Of a stretch of DNA of 54,028 nt, positions 40,984 to 50,056 are shown in pieces (positions within the stretch are counted from its first letter, which is position 1; each line of letters starts with the position of its first letter). This DNA comes from Sphingomicrobium sp. (GTDB lineage Bacteria; Pseudomonadota; Alphaproteobacteria; Sphingomonadales; Sphingomonadaceae), in the NCBI GenBank assembly GCA_035318245.1, contig DATHFE010000020.1, positions 1-54,028 on the forward strand, given 5' to 3'. Under the pieces are notes generated by a model that was not told the origin of the DNA, ran no database searches, and was given only the letters and a program-made list of their open reading frames with translations. A program made the position numbers and the translations under genes.

Positions 40984-41454
40984 ATGAAAGACGATCGTCC
41001 TTACCGCCGCGGGGTTGGCGTGATGCTGCTCAACGACCACAACCATGTGTGGGTCGGCCGGCGGATCGACGAGACCGACGAGGCGTGGCAAATGCCCCAG
41101 GGCGGGATCGACGAGGGCGAGGACCCGTGGGCGACGGCGCTGCGTGAACTGGAGGAAGAAACCGGAATCCCGCCGCACCTCATCGAGCGAATCGCCGATT
41201 ACCCTGAACGCCTAACATACGATTTGCCAAAGGAACTTCGCGGCAAGCTGTGGAAGGGCAAGTTCAGGGGACAGGAGCAGGACTGGTATCTGTGCCGCTT
41301 CCTCGGCCGCGAAACGGACATCAACATCGCTACCAAGCACCCCGAGTTCAACGATTGGAAATGGGTCGCTCCTGCCGAGCTTCCCGACCTGATCGTCCCG
41401 TTCAAGCGCGACATGTACCGGCGCCTGCTGCACGAGTTCAGTGTGTGGCTTTGA
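40984..41454 (+). CDS. rppH: RNA pyrophosphohydrolase
   Basis: WQMPQGGIDEGE..TALRELEEETG Nudix box, RGQEQ, HPEF, VPFKR. Confidence 0.95.
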   Translation: MKDDRPYRRGVGVMLLNDHNHVWVGRRIDETDEAWQMPQGGIDEGEDPWATALRELEEETGIPPHLIERIADYPERLTYDLPKELRGKLWKGKFRGQEQDWYLCRFLGRETDINIATKHPEFNDWKWVAPAELPDLIVPFKRDMYRRLLHEFSVWL

Positions 41455-41598
41455 GCCCGAGCGAATCCGCCTGCGACCGCAATTTCTGACGCCCGACGGC
41501 ACCCATCGGCCGCTCACCCGCACATGACTTCAAACTGCCAGCCGCCTCCGAGAGGTTGGCCGCGCCAAGCACGGCACACCGGCAATAGAGAGTGCTCC

Positions 41599-42078
41599 AT
41601 GGTCCCTCGGCGCAGAATCAAACTCATGGCAGCGGCAACATTCCTGCTCCTGCTCGGCGCATCCGGACGCAGCGAGTTGGTGGACTATCCGGACGGGTAT
41701 CGCCGCTGGACCCACATCGAAAGCGCAGTGAACGGGCCGGCATATGGGCGCTATGAAGGAATGTATAATATCTACGCAAACGCCAAGGCGCTGCGCGGCT
41801 ATCGCAGCGGACATTTTCCCGACGGCGCGATGATTGTATTCGATCTTCATCAAGCCCGGACGAAAAGCGATGTCACGCAATCGGCGGAGCGAAAATTCAT
41901 CGATGTGATGCAGAAGGATGCACGGCGCTTCCAGTCAACGAATGGCTGGGGGTATGAAGAGTTTGCGGGCGGCGACCGCAACCATCGCGTAATCCCTCCC
42001 GATGCGATGACGCGATGCTCGTCATGCCACACGGCCAAGCAGTCCGCCGACTCCGTCATCACCCAATTCCAAGACTGA
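41599..42078 (+). CDS. Cytochrome P460 family protein
   Basis: Signal-like N-terminus, YPDGYRRW, IYAN, FPDGA, VMQKD, GWGY, C-terminal CSSCH heme motif. Start could be 41626. Confidence 0.82.
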   Translation: MVPRRRIKLMAAATFLLLLGASGRSELVDYPDGYRRWTHIESAVNGPAYGRYEGMYNIYANAKALRGYRSGHFPDGAMIVFDLHQARTKSDVTQSAERKFIDVMQKDARRFQSTNGWGYEEFAGGDRNHRVIPPDAMTRCSSCHTAKQSADSVITQFQD

Positions 42079-42171
42079 GCCGCCAGTGGAGATGCCGACC
42101 CGAAATGCCTGGACCATCCACGACGAAGACCTAGTGTAGCGCTCGCCCAATTGGCTCGCTAGGGAAGTGCG

Positions 42172-43380
42172 ATGGCGGGGCTGACATTGATCGAACAAGC
42201 GTGCGTTGAGCGCGCGTCGAGCGAAGCGATGCTCGAACAGGTCGAGGCGTGGGCCTCGGTCAACAGCGGGACGCGCAACCTTGCGGGGCTGGCGAACATC
42301 GCTGCGACCTTGGCTGACGCTTTTTCTGAGGTTCCCGGCGAGCTGCAATTGCTTGACGCCGCGCCGGTCGAAGCGATTGCCGCCGATGGCAAGCCCTTCA
42401 CGATCGAGCATGGCCGCAACCTGCATTTGACCGTTCGTCCCGACGCGCCCCTGCAACTATTGTTCAGCGGGCACATGGACACAGTGTTTGGCGCCGACCA
42501 TCCGTTCCAGGCCCTGCACTGGATCGAGGACGGCGTGCTTGGCGGGCCCGGCGTCGCCGACATGAAGGGCGGGATCGCGGTGATGCTGGCGGCCTTGAAG
42601 GCGATCGAGGCAAACGGCGACGCCAACGGCTTTGGCTATGAGGTCGTCATCAACAGCGACGAGGAAGTCGGCTCGCCGGGGTCCGCGGCACTAATCGCGC
42701 GCGCCGCTCGCGGCAAACGCGCCGCTTTGACCTACGAGCCTGCAGCCTTGCCCGACGGAACGCTCGCCGGCGCGCGTCCGGGCAGCGGCAATTTCAGCTT
42801 CGTCGTGGAAGGCAAATCGGCGCATGCCGGCCGCAATCCCGAAGAGGGCCGCAACGCCTTGCTCGCCGCCGCCGACCTCGCGCTCAAACTGGCGAGCGGC
42901 AAGGGACCGGGCCTCAGCATCAATCCGGCGAAAATTGACGGCGGCGGTCCCAATAATGTCGTCCCCGACAACGCGGTACTACGCGTCAATCTCCGCCCCG
43001 CGTCGCTTGACGACCAGAGGCGTGCTCAAGACCTGATCGATCGAACCGTCGCCCAGGTCGCTGCCGAGCACGACGTCGGAATTCACTCCCACGGCGGCTT
43101 CGCCCGCCCGCCCAAGCCGATGACCAATGAGGCCGGCGCCTTGTTCGGTCTGGTGCGTCAGGCCGGCGCCGACTTGGGTCAGGCCATCGGCTGGCGCGCA
43201 ACCGGCGGAGTATGCGACGGCAATAACATCGCCGCGTGCGGTGTCCCCGTGGTCGACACGATGGGCGTTCGCGGCGGGAAGATTCACAGCGCGGAGGAAT
43301 ATCTGATCACCGAAAGCTTGGCCGAGCGCGCGGCGCTGTCGGCACTGACCATCCTGCGCCTCGCCGGAGGAGCGGCATGA
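42172..43380 (+). CDS. M20 family metallohydrolase (ast operon)
   Basis: GHMDTV, DMKGG, DEE, HAG, GGVCDGN, IHS. Confidence 0.9.
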   Translation: MAGLTLIEQACVERASSEAMLEQVEAWASVNSGTRNLAGLANIAATLADAFSEVPGELQLLDAAPVEAIAADGKPFTIEHGRNLHLTVRPDAPLQLLFSGHMDTVFGADHPFQALHWIEDGVLGGPGVADMKGGIAVMLAALKAIEANGDANGFGYEVVINSDEEVGSPGSAALIARAARGKRAALTYEPAALPDGTLAGARPGSGNFSFVVEGKSAHAGRNPEEGRNALLAAADLALKLASGKGPGLSINPAKIDGGGPNNVVPDNAVLRVNLRPASLDDQRRAQDLIDRTVAQVAAEHDVGIHSHGGFARPPKPMTNEAGALFGLVRQAGADLGQAIGWRATGGVCDGNNIAACGVPVVDTMGVRGGKIHSAEEYLITESLAERAALSALTILRLAGGAA

Positions 43381-44390
43381 GCTTCCGCATCCGCGCCGCA
43401 AAGCCCGGTGATCTTCGCGCCCTCTACGACCTCGCCAAACTGACGGGGGGAGGATTTACCAACTTGCCGGCGGACAAGACCACGCTCGAGGCCAAGCTCG
43501 CCGCGTCGGAAGAGGGATTCGCCCGCGAAGGCGAAAGCCAGCAAGCGGATCTCTACATCTTCATACTCGAGGATTTCAAAACCGGGGCGATCCGGGGCAC
43601 CTGCCAGATCTTCGGAGAGATCGGGATCGACCGGCCGTTCTACAGCTACCGCATCTCCACCCTCAGCCAGAAGAGCGAGGAGCTCGGCAAAACCTTCCGC
43701 AACCAGACGTTGAGCCTGTGCACCGATTTGGAAGGCGCATCCGAAGTTGGCGGCCTGTTCCTCCACCCGCACGAACGCGCCGGCGGCATGGGAATGCTAC
43801 TCGCGCGCAGCCGCTACCAGTTCATCAAGCAGCACCGCCCACGCTTCGGCGACCGGGTCATCGCCGAGCTTCGCGGCGTGATGGACCAGGCCGGCAACTC
43901 GCCCTTCTGGGACGCGCTCGCGGGCCGCTTTTTCGGGATGAGTTTTCCCGAGGCCGACGATTTCAACGCGGTCCACGGCACCCAATTCATCGCCGACCTG
44001 ATGCCCAAGACCCCGATCTACGTCGCGATGCTGCCCGAAAGCGCGCGCGCGGTGATGGGCCAGCCGCATCCTACCGGCCGTGCAGCGCTGCGCATGCTCG
44101 AAGCCGAGGGCTTCAAATTCGATTGCTACATCGACATCTTCGATGGCGGGCCGAGCGTCACCGCCTCGACCGACCAGATCCGCACCATTCGCAAATCGGA
44201 ATGGCTGCGGTTCGGCGGCGTCAACGAAGAGGGCGGCGAGACAATGCTGCTGTCGTCCGGGCGGCTCAGCAGGTTCGTCGCCTGCTATGGGCAAACGCGC
44301 CAAGACGGCGACCAATTGATGATCGATGCCGATGCTACCGCGATGCTCGATCTTGAGCCCGGCGATCGCGTGCTGGCGATCCCGCGCTGA
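43377..44390 (+). CDS. astA: Arginine N-succinyltransferase
   Basis: GFTNLP, EVGGLFL, IAELRG, SPFW, YIDIFDGGP. Confidence 0.93.
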   Translation: MSFRIRAAKPGDLRALYDLAKLTGGGFTNLPADKTTLEAKLAASEEGFAREGESQQADLYIFILEDFKTGAIRGTCQIFGEIGIDRPFYSYRISTLSQKSEELGKTFRNQTLSLCTDLEGASEVGGLFLHPHERAGGMGMLLARSRYQFIKQHRPRFGDRVIAELRGVMDQAGNSPFWDALAGRFFGMSFPEADDFNAVHGTQFIADLMPKTPIYVAMLPESARAVMGQPHPTGRAALRMLEAEGFKFDCYIDIFDGGPSVTASTDQIRTIRKSEWLRFGGVNEEGGETMLLSSGRLSRFVACYGQTRQDGDQLMIDADATAMLDLEPGDRVLAIPR

Positions 44391-44391
44391 G

Positions 44392-45645
44392 ATGCTCAAG
44401 GAAATCAATTTCGACGGGATTATCGGGCCGAGCCACAATTATGCCGGGCTGAGCCTCGGCAACCTCGCCTCAACACGCAATGCCGGCGAGGTGTCGCAAC
44501 CGCGGGCCGCGGCCCTCCAGGGAATCGACAAGATGCGCGCTAACCTCGCGCTGGGGCTCGACCAGGGCCTATTCGTTCCGCAGCCGAGGCCCGCCCGCCG
44601 CTGGCTTGCCGCGCTGGGAACCACGATTGAAGAAGCGGACGCGACGATCGCTGCAAACGCCATGTCTGCCTCGGCGATGTGGGCGGCCAATGCCGCAACC
44701 GTCAGCCCCGCGCCAGATACCGCCGATGGCCGCTGCCACCTGACCGTTGCCAATCTTCGCACGATGCCGCACCGCAGCCACGAGTGGCCCGCAACTCTGG
44801 CGCAGCTTCGGCTGGCCTTCGCTGATACTGCGCACTTCGCTGTCCATGACCCGATCCCGCCCGCGTTCGGGGATGAGGGCGCGGCTAACCACATGCGGCT
44901 GGCAAGCGCCTACGGCGAGGCGGGCGTCGAGATTTTCGTTTACGGAGTCGGCGGCGGTGCCTTCCCGGCGCGACAGCATCTCGAAGCGTCGCGAGCGATC
45001 GCCCGCCTCCACAAGCTCACTCTCGATCGAGCTCTGTTCGCCCAGCAATCCGACGAGGCGATCGCTGCCGGAGCGTTCCACAATGACGTCGTCGCGGTTG
45101 CCAATGGCCCCGTCCTGTTCGCCCACGAACGCGCATTCGCCGACCGCGACCCGCTGATCGCCGAATGCGCGGCGCGCTTGCCGGATTTTGAATACGTAGA
45201 AGTTTCGGACGCCGAAGTGCCGCTCGCCGATGCGATCAAATCCTATTTGTTCAACGCGCAGTTGGTCACTCCTTCGGACGGCGCGATGACGCTGATCGTC
45301 CCCTCCGAAGCGCGCGAGACGCCGTCGGTCTGGGCCTGGTTGCAGCGGCACCTCGCCAGTAACGGAGCAATTCGCCGGGTCGAGGTTGTTGACGTCCGCC
45401 AATCAATGGCCAACGGCGGCGGCCCGGCGTGCCTGCGGCTGCGCGTGGTTGCCGACCCGGCGACGGTCGACCGGCGCTTCCTGGTCGACGATCGAAAACT
45501 CGACCGCATCACTTCGGTAATCGAACGCATGTGGCCCGCCGAGATCGATGCGCGCAGGATCGGCGAGCCAAAGTTGTGGGCGGAAATCGAAGCCGCGCGA
45601 GCGGCGCTGCTCGAAACGCTGGAGCTCAATAGTTTGTCGGGTTAA
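44392..45645 (+). CDS. astB: N-succinylarginine dihydrolase
   Basis: EINFDGIIGPSHNYAGLSLGN, GDEGAANH, FHNDV, SMANGGGPACLRLRV. Confidence 0.96.
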   Translation: MLKEINFDGIIGPSHNYAGLSLGNLASTRNAGEVSQPRAAALQGIDKMRANLALGLDQGLFVPQPRPARRWLAALGTTIEEADATIAANAMSASAMWAANAATVSPAPDTADGRCHLTVANLRTMPHRSHEWPATLAQLRLAFADTAHFAVHDPIPPAFGDEGAANHMRLASAYGEAGVEIFVYGVGGGAFPARQHLEASRAIARLHKLTLDRALFAQQSDEAIAAGAFHNDVVAVANGPVLFAHERAFADRDPLIAECAARLPDFEYVEVSDAEVPLADAIKSYLFNAQLVTPSDGAMTLIVPSEARETPSVWAWLQRHLASNGAIRRVEVVDVRQSMANGGGPACLRLRVVADPATVDRRFLVDDRKLDRITSVIERMWPAEIDARRIGEPKLWAEIEAARAALLETLELNSLSG

Positions 45646-45694
45646 TTGACGATTTACCATATTCGCCAATCAACTTATGGCGGATTTACGCCAT

Positions 45695-45710
45695 TGGCAC
45701 GGCGCTTGCT
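45695..45710 (+). promoter_or_regulatory. Sigma54 (-24/-12) promoter
   Basis: TGGCAC-GGCGC-TTGCT is a perfect TGGCAC-N5-TTGCW; AT-rich upstream region with IHF-like AATCAACTTATGG. Confidence 0.75.
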
Positions 45711-45721
45711 TAATACTTCAC

Positions 45722-46060
45722 ATGCGCGTGAAGCTGGCCAGACTGTTCACCATCAAGACCCGGTTCGAGGCCTTCCTGGTAATTTATGCGATTGCCTTGG
45801 GGGCGGTCGAACGCGGCGTTTCCTACCTCCACACCTATCCTGGAATCGGCGGCTGGCTGCTGTTCTTCGCCTGTACAGGCGTGGTGTTCATCGCCGGGGC
45901 CAAGCTACTCGACTCGGTGCGGGCTGAGCAGCCGCAAGTCTCAACGGGGCCTTATGCCGCCCAGCCTCGCAGCAATATCGGGATCAGTCGTAATCGACCC
46001 AATTCTCGCCGGTCGCGGAGTTTCGGTTCAGCGTTACCGATTTCACTTCGCAAAGATTGA
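45722..46060 (+). CDS. Small two-TM hypothetical protein
   Basis: LFTIKTRFEAFLVIYAIALGAVERG...GWLLFFACTGVVFIAGAKLLD. Confidence 0.7.
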   Translation: MRVKLARLFTIKTRFEAFLVIYAIALGAVERGVSYLHTYPGIGGWLLFFACTGVVFIAGAKLLDSVRAEQPQVSTGPYAAQPRSNIGISRNRPNSRRSRSFGSALPISLRKD

Positions 46061-46328
46061 CACCGCCCCACACCGCGGTCGCCCCGCCGGCCAAGGTCGC
46101 CTGGATGTCAAACGCGCAGTCCACGTTGGAAAAATCGACCTGCGACCGCGCACCGGCCGACGGGGTGCCGCCCAAGGGCTGCCACGCTTGCGTACCGAAA
46201 CGCCGGATCGACAGCGATGTAATGTTGGCCCCCGTCGCATTGACCAGGTTGAAACCGGATGCGCCGGCCAATGCCGGGGAGGATCCGATGAAGCTCGCTG
46301 CTGCGAGTATCAGGCATAGGCCGCGCAT
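45984..46328 (-). CDS. Secreted small beta-rich hypothetical protein
   Basis: Signal peptide, FNLVNATG, CAFDIQA, GVNLCE (Cys pair). Confidence 0.75.
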   Translation of the reverse strand: MRGLCLILAAASFIGSSPALAGASGFNLVNATGANITSLSIRRFGTQAWQPLGGTPSAGARSQVDFSNVDCAFDIQATLAGGATAVWGGVNLCEVKSVTLNRNSATGENWVDYD

Positions 46329-46417
46329 CGCGTAAATATACTGCGAAATCATCGCAGATGTAAGCGAATTTGGCGCGCCGACCCCGCTCACCCGACGCGC
46401 CGGGCCGGCGCGGCTTT

Positions 46418-46672
46418 TTAGGCCGCGTTGGCCGAGACGACGGGCGGGCGAGTCCGGTGGAATGAGCTCATCGCGCCCTGACGATAGGATTCGCTCAGCG
46501 GCAGCGCGGTGGAGCAAAATGCGCACTCGGCCAAGATGCGGCCAATGTGCCAGTGGGTGCGGCCACACCCCGGGCAATGATTGACGGTGTTTTCCCGATA
46601 GACGGCATGATAGCCGCGCTGAGCAGGCTCAATGTGGTTACGTCGGGTTTCGATCGACGTCAGCATGGTCAT
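46418..46672 (-). CDS. Small zinc-ribbon hypothetical protein
   Basis: CPGC...CAFC; GGAG RBS. Confidence 0.75.
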   Translation of the reverse strand: MTMLTSIETRRNHIEPAQRGYHAVYRENTVNHCPGCGRTHWHIGRILAECAFCSTALPLSESYRQGAMSSFHRTRPPVVSANAA

Positions 46673-46694
46673 TCTCCAATTACCTGGACGTATG

Positions 46695-46719
46695 AACGAG
46701 CGACGAGTCGTTGGGTTTC
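46695..46719 (-). promoter_or_regulatory. EcfG-like promoter (one mismatch)
   Basis: Minus strand GAAAC-N16-CGTT, 22 nt upstream of the zinc-ribbon ORF. Confidence 0.45.
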
Positions 46720-46811
46720 ATAGGTGAACAGTTATCGCAGCCGCTGTCACCCCACCGCCACAGCCCTGTCCCGCTGAGGGACACACAAAGGACCTGAAAG
46801 GGGTGTGGATA

Positions 46812-46826
46812 TTAACCATCGCTTAG
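46812..46826 (+). promoter_or_regulatory. Putative CtrA box
   Basis: TTAA-CCATCGC-TTAG (TTAA-N7-TTAA with one mismatch; includes TTAACCAT). Confidence 0.6.
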
Positions 46827-46881
46827 GAAATTGGGCACATTCTCGGCACCGTGGAATCGGGTGTTCGAGTTGGAGTCGGCG

Positions 46882-47040
46882 ATGGAATCCAATCAGCGCT
46901 ATTATCACCGTCGGGCGGTTGAAGAGCGTTTGGCCGCGCAACGCGCAATGACCCAACAGGCCCGCGACTGGCACGCCAAGCTCGCACAGCAATTCGCCCA
47001 GCGCGCCGCCGAAAGCGACGGAATCGCCCTCACCGCCTGA
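46882..47040 (+). CDS. Small helical hypothetical protein (52 aa)
   Basis: GGAG RBS; MESNQRYYHRRAVEERLAAQRAMTQQARDWHAKLAQQF. Confidence 0.75.
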   Translation: MESNQRYYHRRAVEERLAAQRAMTQQARDWHAKLAQQFAQRAAESDGIALTA

Positions 47041-47080
47041 GACCCGCTGAAGGGTGCAATCTCACTGTTCGAAGAGTGAA

Positions 47081-47157
47081 TGGCGCGCCCGGAACGATTC
47101 GAACGTCCGACCCTCAGATTCGTAGTCTGATGCTCTATCCAGCTGAGCTACGGGCGC
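47081..47157 (-). tRNA. tRNA-Arg(ACG)
   Basis: GCGCCCGTAGCTCAGCTGGATAGAGCATCAGACTACGAATCTGAGGGTCGGACGTTCGAATCGTTCCGGGCGCGCCA. Confidence 0.97.
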
Positions 47158-47262
47158 GCGGTGCGGGCGACATAGGGGCACGATCCCAAAGGCGCAACCC
47201 GCAATGCTGGCGGCATCGCAGCCGATTGCGCCAAGGGCGCGGCAACCCTAGACACATGCCCG

Positions 47263-47760
47263 ATGCGACATACGTTTCTCCTGCTGCCGCTGGCGATAGC
47301 AGCTTGCTCGACGCCGTCCGGACCGGTGCCGTCGCTCGCCCCGCGCGACGCCGAAGGTATCGATCCGCGGGTGCCGATCCCCTCCGCACCGTCGCCCGGG
47401 ACTATCGAGCCAGCACTTGCGAAGCAGCTCGCGGAACTGCTCGACCAGGTTCGCGCCGGTGATCAGGCGTTCAACGCGGCCGCGAACGAAGCGGAGCGGC
47501 TCGTCGCGTCCGCCGGCAGCCCAGATTCTGAAAGCTGGATCGCGGCGCAGCAGGCGCTCTCGGCGTTGGTCGGCGCTCGCGGTCCGACGACGCGGGCACT
47601 AGGCGACATCGACGCCATTGCTTCCGAGAGACTGCAGACAGTCGGCTGGATCAATCCCGCCAGCCAAGCGGCGATCGAAGCGGCAGCAAGCCAGGCAACC
47701 TCAGTCGACCAGCGCCAGGCGGCTTTGATCAATACTCTTCAGGCGCGGCTGGGCGGCTAG
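47263..47760 (+). CDS. Hypothetical lipoprotein
   Basis: Lipobox IAAC, PSLAPR..E, helical body. Confidence 0.78.
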   Translation: MRHTFLLLPLAIAACSTPSGPVPSLAPRDAEGIDPRVPIPSAPSPGTIEPALAKQLAELLDQVRAGDQAFNAAANEAERLVASAGSPDSESWIAAQQALSALVGARGPTTRALGDIDAIASERLQTVGWINPASQAAIEAAASQATSVDQRQAALINTLQARLGG

Positions 47761-47773
47761 CTTCCGGCCGGAA

Positions 47774-50002
47774 TTAATCGCCGAGCTTCAATATCGGTAA
47801 TATGCTCGAATGCTCGTCGGTCCACGGCCTGAAGCCCGGCCGCGGCTTCAGCGGACGCCATGCCGCGGGATTGAGGGCGACGAGCCGGCCAAGCACCTCG
47901 GCGGACGGCGACAAGGCAATCCAGACCGATCCCGATTCGTGCAGTGCAACATGTTCGGCATCAGGAACATAAAGCCGCAGGCGCGCCGACCAGTCGCCGC
48001 GCGCGGCGCCGGCGATCACCGGCTCTAGGTCGAGATAGCGGTTTGAAATGTGGACCAGCAGGAGTCCCTCTGGAGCGAGGTGCCTGCGGTAAGTTGCGAA
48101 GGCCTCGCGGGTCATAAGATGCATCGGTACGGAATCCGAGGAAAATGCGTCAACCACGAGAATGTCGGCTGAAGAGCTGGGCTCCCGTTCGAGGGTCAGC
48201 CGTGCGTCGCCAACGACGATCGGCGCTTTAGGCTGGCAGCGCGAAAGGAAGGTGAACTGCGCCGGATCGCGGGCAATCCCCACGATGACCGGGTCGATTT
48301 CGTAGAATTTCCAGCGCTGACTGGGCTGCGAATAGCAGGCCAGCGTCCCGGTCCCCAGGCCGACAACCCCTACGCGTGCGCCATTGCCATAAAGCTGAGG
48401 GGCCGCCGCCATTGCGAGCCCGACACCTGACGAACGCGCATAATAGCTCGTCGCCATCCGCTCGCGCTCCGGCGAGCCGCGGTTCTGGATGCCGTGGATT
48501 GTCGTTCCATGGACCAGCACCCGCGCATCGCCGGCCACCGGTCCAATCGAGTAGATACCGAAAAAGCTGCGCGTCATGCGCCCGGGGGCGGCGGACCGGC
48601 CCAATTTGTCCCAGCCGCCCATGCTGAGCATCAGGGCGCCGACCGCCATTGCAAACAGGATTCGGTTGCCGATCGCGACAAGCGCGATGGCAATCAGAAC
48701 GAAGGAAGCGGCGAGCGCCATTTGCTTGGAATCGGCCAGCCCGAATGCGCCCTGCCCGACCAGCGAAATCAACAGGACCGCGACTAGCCCCCACCTTGTC
48801 GTCCGGTCCCTGGCCGTACTCCGCGTCCAGAGTTTGGCGATCGGCTTAAATGGGCTGGTCACCCCGACGACGATCGCCGCGGCGATGATCAGCAGCGGAT
48901 GTTCATAGGTCCAGTCGAAGATCAGCGGCGCGATCAGTGCGCAGAACAAGCCACCAAGCGCTCCTCCGACCGACATTGCGAGGTAAAATCGGGTCAGCTG
49001 CTCCGGGTCGGGCCGCCGGTCGAACAACTCGGAATGAATGTACACCGATACGGTGAAGAGATTGAGGAGAGCGAAGGCGGCAAACACCAATGGGAGGAAC
49101 GTCGCGTCCGTGAACACGCCGCAGGCGGCGATCAGCAAAGTGATGGGCGCGATACGCTTGAAGAAGTCGGCGAGACGGCGGTCGGCCGAAAACGCGACTG
49201 AGAAGCTGAGCAGGTACAGACCGAGTGGGACCACCCACAGTAAGGGCATCGCGACGATGTCGGTGGTCAGGTGAAGCGTCGTCGACAGCATCAGCCCCGA
49301 CGGAATTGCCGCGAGACCTATCCAGACGGCGATCGTTCGCCAGGCGATCGGTTGGGCGGGCTCCACTCTCATTGGCGTCGAACCGGCAGCTTTCGGCAGC
49401 CGAAACGCGCACCAGGCCACGAGCAGCATCAACGCACCGTAAGCCACGCTCCAGCCGAGGCTTTGCGTCGCAACCGGCACCAGCGGTTCGACCAGCAAGG
49501 GATAAGCGATCAGTCCCGAAAAACTGCCGAGGTTGGATGCGGCATAAAGCGGATAGGGATCGCCGCCGCGCGAAATGGCGAACCAGCGCTGCATCAGCGG
49601 AGCCTGTGCCGAGACCACCAGGAACAGCGGCCCGATCGACACGAGGAGCAACCAGGGAACCCACAGGAACGCGTTGGCATCGGGAGGCGGAGCGGCCGCT
49701 ATCAGGCCGATGGGCAGCATTATCGCGGCCAGCGCCAGGGCGGACAGATGGATTTTCGCCTGAGTCTGCACTGCCAGGCGGCTCAGCCAATGGGCATAAG
49801 CGTAGCCGGCCAGCAGCAACCCCTGGTAGACCAGCATCGCCGAGTTCCACACCGCCGGTGCGCCGCCAAGCCGTGGCAAAGCCATTCGGGCGATCATCGG
49901 CTGGACGAGGAACAGCAGGAACGACCCGGCAAAAATGGTAACGACAAAACGCAGGCGAGGCGCCTTCAGTTCATCATCAATCGGCAATGCAATGCTCGCC
50001 AT
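47774..50002 (-). CDS. Fused membrane domain / spermidine-synthase-like methyltransferase
   Basis: N-terminal multi-TM region (LLFLVQPM, LYAASNLGS), C-terminal VVGLGTG, YEIDP, GDAR, VDAFSSD. Confidence 0.9.
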   Translation of the reverse strand: MASIALPIDDELKAPRLRFVVTIFAGSFLLFLVQPMIARMALPRLGGAPAVWNSAMLVYQGLLLAGYAYAHWLSRLAVQTQAKIHLSALALAAIMLPIGLIAAAPPPDANAFLWVPWLLLVSIGPLFLVVSAQAPLMQRWFAISRGGDPYPLYAASNLGSFSGLIAYPLLVEPLVPVATQSLGWSVAYGALMLLVAWCAFRLPKAAGSTPMRVEPAQPIAWRTIAVWIGLAAIPSGLMLSTTLHLTTDIVAMPLLWVVPLGLYLLSFSVAFSADRRLADFFKRIAPITLLIAACGVFTDATFLPLVFAAFALLNLFTVSVYIHSELFDRRPDPEQLTRFYLAMSVGGALGGLFCALIAPLIFDWTYEHPLLIIAAAIVVGVTSPFKPIAKLWTRSTARDRTTRWGLVAVLLISLVGQGAFGLADSKQMALAASFVLIAIALVAIGNRILFAMAVGALMLSMGGWDKLGRSAAPGRMTRSFFGIYSIGPVAGDARVLVHGTTIHGIQNRGSPERERMATSYYARSSGVGLAMAAAPQLYGNGARVGVVGLGTGTLACYSQPSQRWKFYEIDPVIVGIARDPAQFTFLSRCQPKAPIVVGDARLTLEREPSSSADILVVDAFSSDSVPMHLMTREAFATYRRHLAPEGLLLVHISNRYLDLEPVIAGAARGDWSARLRLYVPDAEHVALHESGSVWIALSPSAEVLGRLVALNPAAWRPLKPRPGFRPWTDEHSSILPILKLGD

Positions 50003-50056
50003 ATGCCCCCACTCGCTAGTCGAACAATCCGTAGCCGAGCGCCCCTTGGAGTTTGA

